Shown here in pieces: positions 11,794-25,415 of a stretch of 64,000 nucleotides of DNA. The translations under genes were made by a program, and so were the position numbers. The notes beneath the pieces were generated by a model that worked only from the letters and a program-made list of their open reading frames with translations, had not been told where the DNA came from and searched no databases. Where the stretch lies: assembly GCF_001447785.1 (NCBI RefSeq), contig NW_015172027.1, positions 339,843 through 403,842 on the forward strand. The letters are read 5' to 3'. Position 1 is the first letter of the stretch. Every line of letters starts with the position of its first letter. The stretch comes from Gekko japonicus (lineage: Eukaryota).

Positions 11794-13383
11794 TTACTTC
11801 CACTCCCATTGCCCTTTGACCTGATCACTTCCAAAAGAAGTCCTCTCAGGTGTTCCTGCCACTTTTGCTACACTTTTCCTACTGCTCTGGGAACGTGGAC
11901 TGGACACAGTGCTTTCCGGCATACCTGTGAGGATATCCCCCAGGCGGTTGAGAACATTCACTGCTGACTTCATCATGGTGACATTCAACTGTATACTTCC
12001 CTGCAGTGCCTGCCTGTCACATTCTCCCTCCTCCAGCATGGCCTTAAATTTTCACTCCTCCATTTTCTTCCAACTTTCAGTGCACTCCATTGCCGCCCTT
12101 GTTCCAGCATCTTCTCATCGATGTCATTCAGTAGGGCCACATGACGTGGCCTTGTTTGTAGGTCAGCAAGCCTGGTTTCTGTAGACTGCTGTGCGACAGT
12201 CCGCAACCGTTGTTCAGGCTCCAACACATATGAAATTATGTAATAAAAAGAGACCTTAGTCCCATACACAGTAGATTAGATTCAACGTGGGGAACAGGAA
12301 ATGTGCTGCATGGCATAATTTCAATTTATGAGCAGTGTGCCTGGGGACACATGTCACGTTTCAGGTCTGACGATGCTGTATCCACCGCAAAGGGCACATC
12401 TGTAAAAGTCGTGGAGTTAGTGTACGGTGTGGTAGCAATCACATGGTGTTATAGATCCCCAGCTGGTGTTACCAAAAGATGTAAGTGACAGGAACACGAA
12501 GGAATAGGAAGCAATCTACAGGGCACATAGGTTAATCAGCACTACAGCGGCAATCGTTTCTGGTATTATTTCTACAGTCTGCAGACAATGAGGGTGCAAT
12601 GTGTGAGCAGTGGTTTGGTTATTGGCATGTCTAGTCCAGGCACTCTGTTGCAATATGGACATCATCAACTGGACTGCAAAGGTTTAGCCCTTTATAAAAC
12701 CCTCTTTATGCAAGGTCACAGTTCATTGTCAGATTCTCAAGTGTTACATTGATGCAGATGCTCTGGTTGTGCATTGTCTACCATTCCAGGGTGTGGTGTT
12801 TTTGGATTCTTTGAGAGGAGGATACCTTTTTTGGGAAGCACAAACCATTTACGGCAGGCACTACCAAACCAACCATATCAAGCATGCTCAGCATGTCAGT
12901 GATACAATTGAGAGCTGACCTCTGACAAAACAGTAAAAAATCTGCCTTAATTAAATTTTTCAGTGACCCAAGTTTTCTTTCTGCCTACCTGGTGGTTATA
13001 AAACCATTTATGGCAATCATACACATCCTTAACTGAGAGCAGTGTAACACAGAGAGAGAGGGGAACATGGCACTTAAGGTGTATTAACTTACCTGCATCC
13101 CGTGGAGTTGCAGGTGCAAGCTCTAGGTCATATCCTTCCATCACTTCCTCTTCCATGGGGCTTCCTTCTTGTGTGCATCTCCCTGCATAGAGTATTTCAA
13201 GAGTAAAGTGTGCCCCAAAGTGTGCATTCACCTAGATATTCCCTCAAATACCTCAATATTTCTATGGCAGGAGGCAAGAGTCTCTTGTACCTTATCCTGG
13301 CCCCAGATTGCTATAAGATCTAGCGTTTCTTTCTCCCTCCATGAGACATCCTGGACTCCGTCCATCTTCGAACTTGCAGACAT
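11794..13383 (-). pseudogene. Harbinger-associated Myb/SANT (trihelix) gene remnant 2, convergent with remnant 1
   Basis: From ATG at 13383 (minus): MSASSKMDGVQDVSWREKETLDLIAIWGQDKVQETLASCHRNIEVFEGISR*MHTLGH, the N-terminal half of a Myb/SANT-like domain with an in-frame stop. GTAAGT donor near 13092; coiled-coil-like exon at ~11794-12230. Confidence 0.7.
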
Positions 13384-13983
13384 TCTAGCACGGCAAAAGG
13401 CAGGAGGCTACCACTGATCAGATTCTGACCTGTTGCCAAAAAATGGTGATTGGTCCTCTACCCAAAATCCTTCTGTGCCTGGCCAGATCAGCCCTCGTAA
13501 CCCTAAAATGTTTTCTGATTGGCCCGTACTAGTACTGGACACTCCATGGGCCATGACAACAGCCAGTGGCATTAAAGGAACAGCCCCCTAGGTGACCCCA
13601 GTTGCAGTTGTGTCCACGCCCCCATGCCACCATTAATGTATCATCTTATCACTGGCACTATTTGTATAGAAATTGGGGAATAGGAATATGGCAACTGTGA
13701 AAACAGCATATGGACATTTAAAGGGATGTTTAAAATGCAGTCAATGATGGGCCATTATTGCATTGCAACAAAACGCAACGCTGGAGGACAAAACTTGTGC
13801 ATGCCAAGGAGGAGGGAGGAGTTTCAGGCGGGAAGGGGGAAAGAATGCAAAGAAGCAACTACTCTAACCCCTATGAAAATTATGCCCGCGCCTCCACAGA
13901 ACCCAGAAAGTAACTTTTTAGCAATGGCACTGCAGCCCCTAGGTCACCCACGATGTAGTTGTGTCCACGTCTCCATGCCACCA

Positions 13984-16205
13984 TTAAAGCAGCCTCATAT
14001 CATCTTTATCTTGCAATATTATATTTAATTTATCCATTTCTGCTAAATTCAAACTTTTATTAATTATTTCCCCTTTACCGGGTGTTTTTTCAGATTTCCA
14101 CTTTTTTGCAAAAAGAATTCTAGCAAATGTAATTATTAAAATTATCAAAAATTTATCAATATATCTTATATCTTCTGGTAAAATATTAAGCAGGTAACAT
14201 TCTGGTTTTAATTTTAATTCTATGTCCGTAATATCCAATATATTTTTTTTATTGTCAACAACTTGTTTTTTTTTCAAGTTAATTTTAAGTCCAGCAATAT
14301 GTTCGTAGTCTAGTATAACTTTCATTAATTGAGCAAATGAATCTTTGGGATTTTCCATTATGCATACCAAGTCATCCGCAAAAGCTAATAATTTAAAATC
14401 TTCACCTGTTATTTTAAGCTCATGAATTTTTTCATCTTGTCTTACTTGCTCATTTAAGGTTTCCATTGCGAATATAAATAATAATGGAGACAAAGGACAT
14501 CCTTTCTGAATTTTTATCTTTTGCATGAAGTCACCATTAACCATAATCTGTGCATATTGTTCTTTATAAATTGCATTAATCTGGAATTTGGTTCCACAAT
14601 CACATATTTCTAATTTTTGAATAAAGAAATTCCATGATAAGTTATCAAATGCTTTTTCCGCATCTAAAAACATCAATGTTAATAGTTTTTCTGGATGGAG
14701 CTCGTGATATTCTAAGACATTTATAATAGTCCTTATGTTATCTCTCATATATCTTTTTGGCAAAAAACCTGCTTGATCTGAATAGATATTTTGCACCAAA
14801 ACTTTTTTCAATCTAGCAGCCAGAATACTTGAAAATGTTTTATAGTCCACATTAAGTAAAGATATCGGTCTATAATTTTGAATTAGGTTTCCCTCCGAGT
14901 TGGGTTTAGGTATCAATGTGATAACTGCTTAGTTCCATGAATCAGGTATTTTACCTGTTGTACTTATATTCTGTAAGACTTCTTTTAATGTAAGCAATAT
15001 CTGATCTTCAAATTTTTGATAAAATTCCTATGGTAAACCATCAGGTCCTGGGGTTTTCTTTTTTATTGTTTTTTATCACCTCTACTATTTCACATGTTGT
15101 TATTGGTTCATTTAGAATCTGGTTTTGGTTTTCATTAAACTTGTTTTTGTTCTTTTTTAATAGATATTTTTAACTTGACATACTTTCTCTTCTTTTTGTT
15201 GATATAAATTTTTATAATTTTTTCCCACAATATCCTTTATTTCTTATAATTTATATTTTTCTTCATCTTTACCATCTTTTAAGGCCAAAATTGTTCTTTT
15301 CTCTCTTTCCTTCCTAAGTCTGTAAGAAAGTCATCTAGATGGTTTATTAGCATTTTCAAAATGATAAAGTTTAGCGTATTCTATACTTTTAGCAATTTCT
15401 TGTGTCAAAATCAAGTTCATTTTGTGTTGTAATAATTTTAGTTTAGTTTTAATTTCTTCATTTTTAGGATATTTTTAAATTTTATCTTCATTTGTTTTGT
15501 TTAAATTTCTTAATTGTTCATATGTTTTCCTCTTTTGTTTTTTATCCAAGCATTTAGATTTATAAACCATCCCCTTATAAATACCTTAAATGAGTCCCAT
15601 ACAGTATATATTGATATATCTGCTTGAATGTTTCAAGTAAAGAATTATTGAATTTCCATATTCATTTTTTATGAATTTCTCATCTTTAAGTAAATAAGTA
15701 TTCAGCTTCCATCTAGTTTTCTTCTGAGTTTCTTTGAATGTCACAATAACAGGATAATGGTCAGCAAAAGTATTAGGGAGAATTTCAGCTTCTATTAAAT
15801 CTGTTACCATTGCTGTTGTTATCCAGGCCATATCAATCCTTGACCATGAATTATGTCTTGGAGTATAAAAGGTATAGTCTCTTTTTGATATGTTCCTAAT
15901 TCCGCATGCGTCTAGAAGACCATATTCCTCTGCCATTTGTAAAAAAGTCTTGGCTAGAATCATTCCGGATCTTTTTGAGTTTTTACTATTTTTACTGTCC
16001 ATCTCTTTATCAAATACTGCATTATAGTCTCCTATAATGCAAATATTTTACAGTCTTTTATTGTTAGAGCTTGTCTTAACTCTTCCATAAATGCATTTTG
16101 GTTTTTGGTTTGGCACATAAATGTTTATAATCAAAGATTCTATCCCTTGTCTATTTATAAGAATGGCTACCATTCTACCATCTTTCGCTGTATAAATCAA
16201 CTCAG
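13984..16205 (-). mobile_element. Decayed L1 ORF2 fragment (endonuclease + RT, internal deletions)
   Basis: WSRID...FADH (endonuclease); NYRPISLLNVDYK, LDAEKAFD, GCPLSPLLF, AFADDL (RT); frameshifts and stops. Confidence 0.9.
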
Positions 16206-16579
16206 GGGTCATTTCATCGAAAAAGAGCTAGGGGAACTCATTAGCTTAACTCATTAGTATATGCCACACCCCCTGACATCACCAGAAGTGTGTCATAAGG
16301 CCACACCCCCTGCTATCATCAGAAGTGTGTCATAAGGCCACACCCACCACTCAGTTAGTCTTAGTCTTAAAGGTGCTATTTGTTAGTCTTAAAGGTGCTA
16401 TTTGAACTCTTGGACTATTTTGCATCAACAGACTAACACAGCTAATTCCTCTGAATCTAAACCCACCACTCAGGCTCCACCCCCAAAATCTCCAAGGTAT
16501 TGCCAACTCAGGGTTGGCGAGCCTATCTGATGGCACATGTGGGGGGAAACAAGCAAACCACCCATGTCAAACTTCTCTG

Positions 16580-16670
16580 TTGGTCCTTTTACCCGGAGAT
16601 GCCAGGGATTGAACCTGGGACCTTCTGCATGCCAAGCAGATGCTCTATCACTGAGCCACGGCCCCTCTCC
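16580..16670 (-). mobile_element. tRNA(Ala)-like SINE head
   Basis: Minus strand GGGGCCGTGGCTCAGTGATAGAGCATCTGCTTGGCATGCAGAAGGTCCCAGGTTCAATCCCTGGCATCTCC with box A/B; stems are imperfect. Confidence 0.65.
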
Positions 16671-17127
16671 AATACACACACAGGGCCCAAGCATCATTTC
16701 TGTGAGCTTGGTACAAGCATGATAGTTAACACCCCTTGCATCAAGGAAAGGCCTACTGTGCTGGAGGAGGGTGCTACAATGAAAGGATCCAGCCCTATTC
16801 ATCTGCTCAGTACCACCTGCTCAGGGGCCATCAGAAGGTCCACCTGCAGGGCCAGAACTCCAGGAGCCCTTCCACTCTTGCCCCCCAAGCACCAAGAATG
16901 CAGAGAATCACTGCCCCAGACATAAGAACATTAGCTTCCAAGATCTGCAGTTCTTGAGCTGATGGGGACCTCTGGACAACCTGGACAGGTGGCATGCTAG
17001 TCTTAGTGGACTATACCTCCCCTCAAAAAAAACAGTGCTTTTTAAAAATATGATGGCCAATGTGGTGGCCAAGGAGCTAACTATTTTTTTGAGGATAGGG
17101 CTCTCAAAGGAGATAACAACAGATTAA

Positions 17128-17275
17128 GAAGAAGAGAAGAAGAGATTGGATTTATACCCCCCCCCTTAACTACCCAGAGGAGTCTCAGAGCGGCTTACAA
17201 ACTCCTTTCCCTTCCCCTCCCCACAACAGACACTCTGTGAGGTAGGTGCTCTTTTTCAAGAACAGCTTGCCAGAA
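17128..17275 (-). mobile_element. Squam3-like SINE, 3' half
   Basis: Near-identical to 32270-32440, with a (TTC)n-type tail. Confidence 0.75.
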
Positions 17276-17369
17276 CAATATGAGCAATATCCTGAGGACA
17301 TTGTGGAACCGGCCAGAAGTGAAACTGAAAACAAATTTCATAAATACACAAGAATGCCAGGTATCTGGA

Positions 17370-17531
17370 ATCCCACATATTTTTCTCTTCACTCAGGAAG
17401 GAGGGCTCCAGAGGCAAACTAACTGATGCAGTAGCCAAATCACTCGCTCACAGCTTTAGTGCCAGTGGCTCACAAAGTAGAAATTTTGCTCACAAGACTC
17501 ACAAGACTCCACAACTTAGAGGGAACATTGG
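17370..17531 (+). mobile_element. Partial hAT MITE (same family as 59164-59369)
   Basis: Shares ...GCTCACAAAGTAGAA...CAACTTAGAGGGAACATTG terminus. Confidence 0.7.
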
Positions 17532-18930
17532 TAGGCAATGTGATTGTTGTCTTTTATGTTTAACTGATTTTTAAACAAATATCTAGCATTTATTATTTTA
17601 CTGTGATCTTTTAAAATTATATTGCTTTGGGGGATCCGTTTCCGGTTTCGTCGAGGGTGGACGTTTGTAGCTTCGCTGCAAAGCCGCCGCATTTCTATTT
17701 GTCTTTTTGGGGGAGAACTATCAAACCCCCGAACTTTTTCGCTTCGGAGGGGGGAAAAGAAAGCAAGGGGCTTCCATTCCAGCTAAAGGGAAAGGCAGGC
17801 AACCTTCCTGGATGCTGGAAAACGCCTCTAAAGCGGGAGACAACAGAACGCCCGACGCTTGATGACGAGCTCAAGACGCTGCCAGAGGAGATGAGGAAGA
17901 GTCGCAATTAGAGAAAGTCCTATATAACCGAAGTTAAGTATCCTGAAAACATTACTAAAGGAATCAATGTGGCAAAGAAATATCTTCTATTAATTATTAG
18001 CTTAAGAACCCACAAGCGTACGTGGTGAAGGGTGGGGACAAGGTCCCTTTAAGTGGCCAGAAATTTAAACCACAGGTGTTTTCAATAAGGTGAAGGGTTA
18101 AACGAAGGGAAAGGGGGGGGAATGTTTCCAAACTACCTTGGTGATGTGGAGTAACGTCGCTCTGTCTTTTAGGTGCTGTGTGCAGCGGATGCGCGGAGGT
18201 GCGGGGCCGGGTGAGGAGAAAGGCGAGAGGACGTGCAGAGGGGGCGTGCCGGGCAGCCGCGGAGCCGCGGAGCCGCGGAGTGACGAAACGACGGAGTGAC
18301 GTGGAGAGCGGGGGCGGAGAAAACGGAGAGCTGTGTGCCGGGTGCCTGTAGCTGTGCGGCGTGGTGTGCGTGCGCAGAGGACTGAACGGACAACGAAGGA
18401 CGCCGGAAAAAGCCGAAAGGGAGTGAAAAGAAAGCGGAGATCGGAGACACAGAGAAGGAGGGGGCCGAGTGCATAGGAGTTGATAGACGCCGGCGCAGTC
18501 GGGTGAAAGGAGTGGAAAGGAGAAGAGCAATTGGGAAAGCAACGTCTTAGGGAGCAGTCCACGCACTGAAGCAAGTGCCGGAAAGTGGAGATTCAAAGTA
18601 GCTGATAAATAAGCTGAGGACTTTGTGTGTGTGAAAAAAAAAGAAAGAAAGAAAAGAACACTTTATTTTTTGATATAATATCAATTAAAGGGATAATGTG
18701 TGGTGTGACGTGAGACTTTGAATAGTGAATAGTGCATAGTATGAGAGCAAAGAGAAAATGTATAAAAGTATAAAAGTATAAATAAACATAAAAAAGAGAA
18801 GTAACTTAGAGAAGAAAGTTAGAGAAGAACCCAAACTTTAAATTATAGCTACAAAATACAAAAAGTGTTACTAGGAGAGTGAGCTGTTAGAAAGAGAACG
18901 CAAAACAAATTATCTCTAAAATAACCATAA

Positions 18931-19861
18931 ATGGCCACAGGAGGGAGCGGACCCAGAAAAGGTTCACTAACATCACCTGGTCAGACTAGTAGTCAAACAC
19001 AACTTAAATTTGGGACGATGAGTTCGGGGCAGGCACAGAGCAAAGAAATGAGAAATCTAATTAAGGAAATTGTGGAACAAACAACTAAACATATAATTGA
19101 AGATTCGTTGCCAATTCTATTGAAAAAAGAAATTGAACCGTTACAGACACAAATCAATGAGATGAGAAAGCAGGAGTTGGAGCCAATCCAGAAGTCCATC
19201 ACTGAAATATCACAACAAATGAAATTAGACATGGAGGAAATCAAAAAGCAAATACATGAAAACAAACAGGAAATATTGAAATTAGCGGCGGATAGCGCAG
19301 GTACTGACAACAGAGTCCAAGAGTTGGATCAAGAGGTTTATGACTTAAAATGCAATATAGGAAAGTTGGAGGAGACACTGATGGGCCTAGAGCTAGACAA
19401 AGCGGCAATGGTAATTAGGTGCCAAAATGTGCCAGAAAGCATAGAAAAAAACTTAAAAGAAGAACTGATTGAGAATATTTCGCAGCAACTGAAAGTGGGA
19501 ACGTGCGAAGAAATTGAAAAAGAAATAGATGCAATTTATAGGAGGAATACTGTTTACTCAAGAAGACATAAAACTCCAAGGGAGGTACAAATAAAATTCA
19601 ATGGAAGACAGATGAGGGACAAAATCTTAAAAGCAGCAAATGAAACATCAGTTAAGATCAATGAAACTGAAATAAAAATTTTGAAAGATGTGCCGTGGAG
19701 AATACGGGAAAAACGACAAACCTACTATGTTCTGACAGATTTATTAAGAAATTCGAATATTCCTTATAGATGGCTCATTCCAGAAGGGATACTTTTCTCA
19801 ATAAAAGGAAGAAGATTTAAAATTGACTCCATATTTAAAGTGCAAAATTTCTTGGAAAACT
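18931..19861 (+). CDS. L1 ORF1p (runs into the gap)
   Basis: Open frame from ATG; heptad coiled coil followed by RRM/CTD-like motifs shared with the other ORF1 copies here. Confidence 0.85.
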
Positions 19862-21287
19862 NNNNNNNNNNNNNNNNNNNNNNNNNNNNNNNNNNNNNNN
19901 NNNNNNNNNNNNNNNNNNNNNNNNNNNNNNNNNNNNNNNNNNNNNNNNNNNNNNNNNNNNNNNNNNNNNNNNNNNNNNNNNNNNNNNNNNNNNNNNNNNN
20001 NNNNNNNNNNNNNNNNNNNNNNNNNNNNNNNNNNNNNNNNNNNNNNNNNNNNNNNNNNNNNNNNNNNNNNNNNNNNNNNNNNNNNNNNNTATGCAGCCGA
20101 CCAAAAGAAAAAGAAAAAAGGAGTAGCAATATATGCTAAAGAAGATCTAAATCCTGAACTAGCATTTGCACAATCAGATGGAAGAGTCGTAGCAATTACG
20201 ATAAATAGGAATAGTAAGAAACTAATGATAATAAATATATATGCACCAAATCAAAACCAGGAAAATTTTTATAAATCATTAAAAGAAGTAATAGCACTAC
20301 AAGATTTTGACGAATTATGTCTTGTTGGTGACTTTAATGCAGTGTTTGAGACAAAATTCGATAGAAAAAACTCTGGGAAGAATAAAAGATGGGGCAATGT
20401 TCTACCAAAACCCTTTTTGGAATTAGTGGACGAACAAAATCTAGTAGATGTTTGGAGAGTAAGAAACTTGGAAAAAAAAGATTTTACTTTTTACTCAAAC
20501 AGTCACAAATCATGGTCAAGAATAGATATGATATGGTCATCAATATCATTACTTAGCGAAGTTGAAGAAATAGAAATCCTTCCACCGACCTTCGCTGACC
20601 ACAATCCCATGTTAATGTCTATACGGGAAATCCCCAAAAAATTGAGATGGTATCTAAACAAAAAACTGATAAATAAAGAAAGCTTTGTGGAAAAAACTAA
20701 ACAGGAAATAAAAGAATTTTTTGAAAATAACACTCGAGTAGAAACATCAAGTTTAACAATTTGGGACACATTTAAGGCATACCTAAGAGGAGTGTTTATA
20801 AATGAAGAAGCATGGGTGCAAAAACAAAGAAAGAAAGAATATAAAGACTTGATAATGCGAATAAAACAAAAAGAAGACAAACTAAAAAAGGGGGAAAACG
20901 AAGATCAATTTAAAGTCGAGCTCAAACTACTCCAACATCGATTAAATCTTATGCTAAGCAAGAACTAGCCAGAAAATTGGAATATACAAAACAATACTTT
21001 TTTGAGAACGCGAATAAACCCACAAGATGGCTGGCCTATAGGATAAAGAAAGAAAAGGCAAAAAAAATCATTACGACGCTTAAAGATGAAAAGCAGCTAG
21101 AAAAGAATAATATTGTGGATTTGAAAGACATAGTCGAAAAATTCTATGGGAAGCTATACCGACAAGAGTATATAAATCCCCAAAAAACAAAAGGAAAAGA
21201 AAAGATCACAACAAAGAAGAGCTTACCCCGCAGCATCTCAAGTAATTACAAGATACAGAGCAAACTTGAAGAAGACAAGTAACCAAT

Positions 21288-24200
21288 ATGGAAAGAAGTA
21301 GAAAGACAAATATCATTTCAGTAAACGTTGAATAGTCCCCAGAAACGTAGATGAATTTACCCGCAAATTAGTAAACTCAAAGCAGGAGTTGTTTGTCTAC
21401 AAGAAACGCATATAAAAGAAAGTGATAACAAATACTTAGACTCAAAAAAAAAAGGAAAATTATTTTATTCAGCCGACCAAAAGAAAAAAGGAGTGGCAAT
21501 ATATGCTAAAGAAGATCTAAATCAGGAACTAGTATTCGCACAATTAGATGGAAGAGCCGTAGCAATTACGATAAATAGGAATAGTAAGAAACTAATAATA
21601 ATAAATATATACACACCAAATCAAAACCAGGAAAATTTTTTATAAATCACTAAAAGAAACAATAGCACTACAAAATTTCGACGAACTGTGTCTTGTTGGC
21701 GACTTTAATGCAGTGTTTGAGACAAAATTCGATAGAAAAAACTCTGGGAAGAATAAAAGATGGGGCAATGTTCTACCAAAACCCTTTTTGGAATTAGTGG
21801 ACGAACAAAATCTAGTAGATGTTTGGAGAGTAAGAAACTTGGAAAAAAAAGATTTTACTTTTTACTCAAACAGTCACATCAAATAGTCATAAATCATGGT
21901 CAAGAATTGATATGATATGGTCGTCAATATCATTAATTAACGAAGTTGAAGAAATAGACATTCTTCCACCGACCTTCGCCGACCACAATCCCATGTTAAT
22001 GTCTTTACGGGAAACCCCCCCAAAATTGAGATGGTATCTAAACAAAAACCTGATAAATAAAGAAAGCTTTGTGGAAAAAACTAAACAGGAAATAAATGAA
22101 TTTTTTGAAAATAACACTCGAGCAGAAACATCAAGTTTAGTAATTTGGGATACATTTAAGGCATACTTAAGAGGACTGTTTATAAATGAAGAAGCATGGA
22201 GGCAAAAACAAAGAAGGAAAGAATATAAAGATTTGATAATGCGAATAAAACAAAAAGAAGACAAATTGAAAAAGGGGAAAAACGAAGATCAATTTAAAGT
22301 CGAGCTCAAACTACTCCAACATCGATTAAATCTTATGCTAAGCAAGAACTAGCCAGAAAATTGGAATACACGAAACAGTATTTTTTTGAGAACGCGAATA
22401 AACCCACAAGATGGTTGACCTATAGGATAAAGAAAGAAAAGGCAAAAAAAATCATTAAGACGCTTAAAGATGAAAAACAACTAGAAAAGAATAATATTGT
22501 GGATTTGAAGGACATAGTTGAAAAATTTTATGGGAAACTATACCAACAAGAGTATATAAATCCCCAAAAAACAAAAGAATATTTACAAAGATGGAACACC
22601 AAGAAATTTGATGAAAAACAGAAAAAGATATTAAATATTCCAATATCAAGTGTAGAGATTTCAGAAGCAATTAGGAAACAAAAAAAGAACAAGACTCCCG
22701 GTCCAGATAATATCCCAACTGAAATATATCAGAAATTTGAAGAACAAATAGCTAAGCCTTTTCAAGAAGTACTATTGGAAATAGCGCAGGGAGGAAGAAT
22801 GCCACAGTCATGGGATGAAGCCCTGATTACTCTAATCCACAAAACAAACACTGATGCAAAAGACATAAAGAATTATAGGCCCATATCACTGCTTAATGTG
22901 GACTATAAAATCTACGCGTCTATAATAGCTGCAAGGTTAAAAAAGGTTCTAGCGGAAATAATACATGAAGATCAGACTGGGTTTCTGCTTAATAGACAAA
23001 TGAAAAGAAATTTAAGAACACTCATGAACGTATTGGAATTCTATGAACTACATCCAAGCGATCAGTTGGCGTTAATCTTCTTAGATGCTGAAAAGGCTTT
23101 TGATAGAGTATCTTGGGACTTTATGCTTCAGAAGCTAGCAAGCTGGGATTGTGGAGAAAGCTTCTACACAATGATAAGAGCGATATATTCAAAGCAAACT
23201 GCTAAAGTAATAATAAATGGAGATACGACAGAAAAGATCCAAATACAAAAAGGTACGAGACAAGGATGTCCACTGTCACCTTTACTATTTATCTTTATGT
23301 TGGAAACACTAACAGACCAAATAAGAAACAACGATAGAATAACAGGGCTCAAGATACAGAAAGAAACGTATAAGTTGCAGGCATTTGCAGATGATTTGGT
23401 TTTTGTGGTTGAAGACCCAGGTAAATCTATACCAGAATTAATGGAAGTAATTGAAAAATACGGAGAAGTGGCAGGATTAAAAATAAACTATAACAAGACA
23501 AATATCTTAACAAAAAACTGTACAATACAACAAACAGAACAGATAGAAAGGGTATCTCAAATGAAGATTGTTACTAAAGTTAAATACTTGGGAATAATAA
23601 TCCTGGGAATAATAATATCCAAAAGAAACAACACGCTAATCGAGGATACTACATTAAGTTATTAAAAGATATAACAAATGACTTAACAAAATGGGGAAAT
23701 CTTCAAATATCTTTCATGGGAAAAATATCTGTATTAAAAATGAACATCCTTCCGAGGTTCTTATTCCTAGCACAGAATATACCGGTCCTGAGAAACGCAA
23801 AAATCTTTAACGAACTTGATAAAATATGCAGAAAATTTGTATGGGCTAATAAAACCCCACGGATAAAATGGAAGATTCTGCAAGATCGAAAAGAAAAAGG
23901 GGGTGTGAACCTCCCAAATTGGAAGCTTTATTATTCTGCAGCCACAATGTCCTGGATAAAAGAATGGATTATTCTAGAAAACAAGAGACTATTAACGTTA
24001 GAAGGTTTCGACTTGGATATGGGATGGCATGCGTATATAGGCTATGATAAAGATAAAACACATAGCAAGTTTAATCGACATACTATTAGAGGGGCATTAA
24101 ATAAAATCTGGAAGGAGATAAAAGACAAACACTATCTCAAAACTCCTAGATGGCTCTCTCCTCTGGAAGCCTTCATTAAGCCATCTTTAATGAAAAATAC

Positions 24201-25032
24201 AGAGTTGTTGACGTACGAAACTCTTTTAGATAAAATGGGTAAAGTAAAAACACAAGAAGTGCTCGAGAAACAAGGAATAAAGCTATCCTGGTGGGAAAAC
24301 ATGCAACTGAGATCATGCTTTGAGAAGGATGAAAAAAAAGGAATTTATGTTGAAAAAAACGAGCTGGATAAACTATGGTTATCCACAAATGACAAATTAA
24401 TCAAAAAACTTTATAACCTATTCCTTACCAATTTTGAACTAGATGAAGAGATTAAATGTACAATGATTATATGGATGCAGGATTTAGGTTATATTATAGA
24501 AGATTGGTCCAAAATTTGGATAACCGCAAAACAAGTAAGAGCAATTCCTTTTAAAGAAAATATATTTAAAATGTTTCATCGGTGGCACTGGTCCCCGGAT
24601 AAAATAGCTAAATGTTATCCGAATGCATCCAGAAACTGTTGGAAGTGTAAAAATAATGTGGGCACCTTCTATCATATGTGGTGGAGATGTCCCAAGGCTC
24701 AATATTATTGGCAGAAGGTACATAAGATGTTAAGGGATATGTATGAAATAGATGTACCTCTTAGACCAGAAATGTTTCTGTTGAATGTAATGCCAGACAA
24801 GTTGAAAAATGAAGAAAAATACGTTATAGGATTTATTCTTACGGCAGCACGTATTTTGTTTGCCAAAAACTGGAAAGCTGAGAGGATACCGTCACGAAGT
24901 GAATTAATTATCAAATTACAAGAGGTAGTTGAAATTGATAAACTGACTACAATTTTAGAAAATAAGAATATGGATATATTTATGAATAGATGGAGAAGGT
25001 TTTACAAGTGGATGAATGAAAATAAGATGTAA
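21288..25032 (+). pseudogene. L1 ORF2 (EN-RT-Cys), frameshifted
   Basis: Pieces 21912-22352, 22361-23665 and 23716-25032 in different frames. Confidence 0.9.
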
Positions 25033-25415
25033 TCTGATAACCAGATGACTCTGTAGAAATACTGAAAACTGTAACATGTTTGCATGTTGTAATGCATCTG
25101 AAAAATGTTATAAATATATTTATTAAAAAAGAAAAAGAAAAAGAAAGAGCCAGTGCACATTCACTTTAAAAACAGAACTGGGGACCAATACTTAGATCAG
25201 TGTGGGGTTTGGATCATACATTCACCTGTACATCTGCTGAATGTATTGTAGGAATGTGCTTCATTGAAAAATAAAGTACACACTGATGGTGCATATGTTC
25301 ATTGGAATGTCTGCATGCCTACAGCAGACCTGGTGATGGACCCATATTTTCACAGTTGATTCTAGGCACAAGAGCCCTGTCAGGGAGAAAGGAAAAAAAC
25401 AGAGCAGCTCTCCTA

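Larger units (their letters stand above)
2348..13983 (+). mobile_element. Decayed PIF/Harbinger DNA transposon, interrupted by a Ngaro element; right end not seen
   Basis: Starts with GGGCCGATTCCGCAC (Harbinger-like TIR). HARBI1-like transposase N-terminus (WWANFVAPQV|WSNKQWL..NFRMTCSTF...KRMAAAVWYLANTDTYCEVGEQFG) is split at 3193/9208. Two Myb/SANT-like remnants are present. Subterminal repeat at 13583-13636 and 13933-13987. Confidence 0.75.
17628..25146 (+). mobile_element. Full-length-size L1 with CpG-rich 5' UTR, ORF1, duplicated endonuclease region, frameshifted ORF2 and A-tail
   Basis: ORF1 from 18931 (coiled coil, ILKDVPWRIREKR). Endonuclease motifs NIYAPN, GDFN, WSRID, ADH occur twice. 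RT QGCPLSP, FADD; Cys-rich CWKC...HMWWRC; A-rich tail at 25125-25146; gap 19862-20089. Confidence 0.92.

Noticed and set aside
16580-16670. tRNA-Ala-like gene
   Set aside because: Acceptor and anticodon stems are imperfect and it continues into SINE-like sequence; treated as a SINE head.
17997-18596. 199-aa antisense ORF in the L1 5' UTR, and GC-rich ORFs at 8251-9276
   Set aside because: Low-complexity open frames expected in CpG-rich leaders; no recognisable domain.
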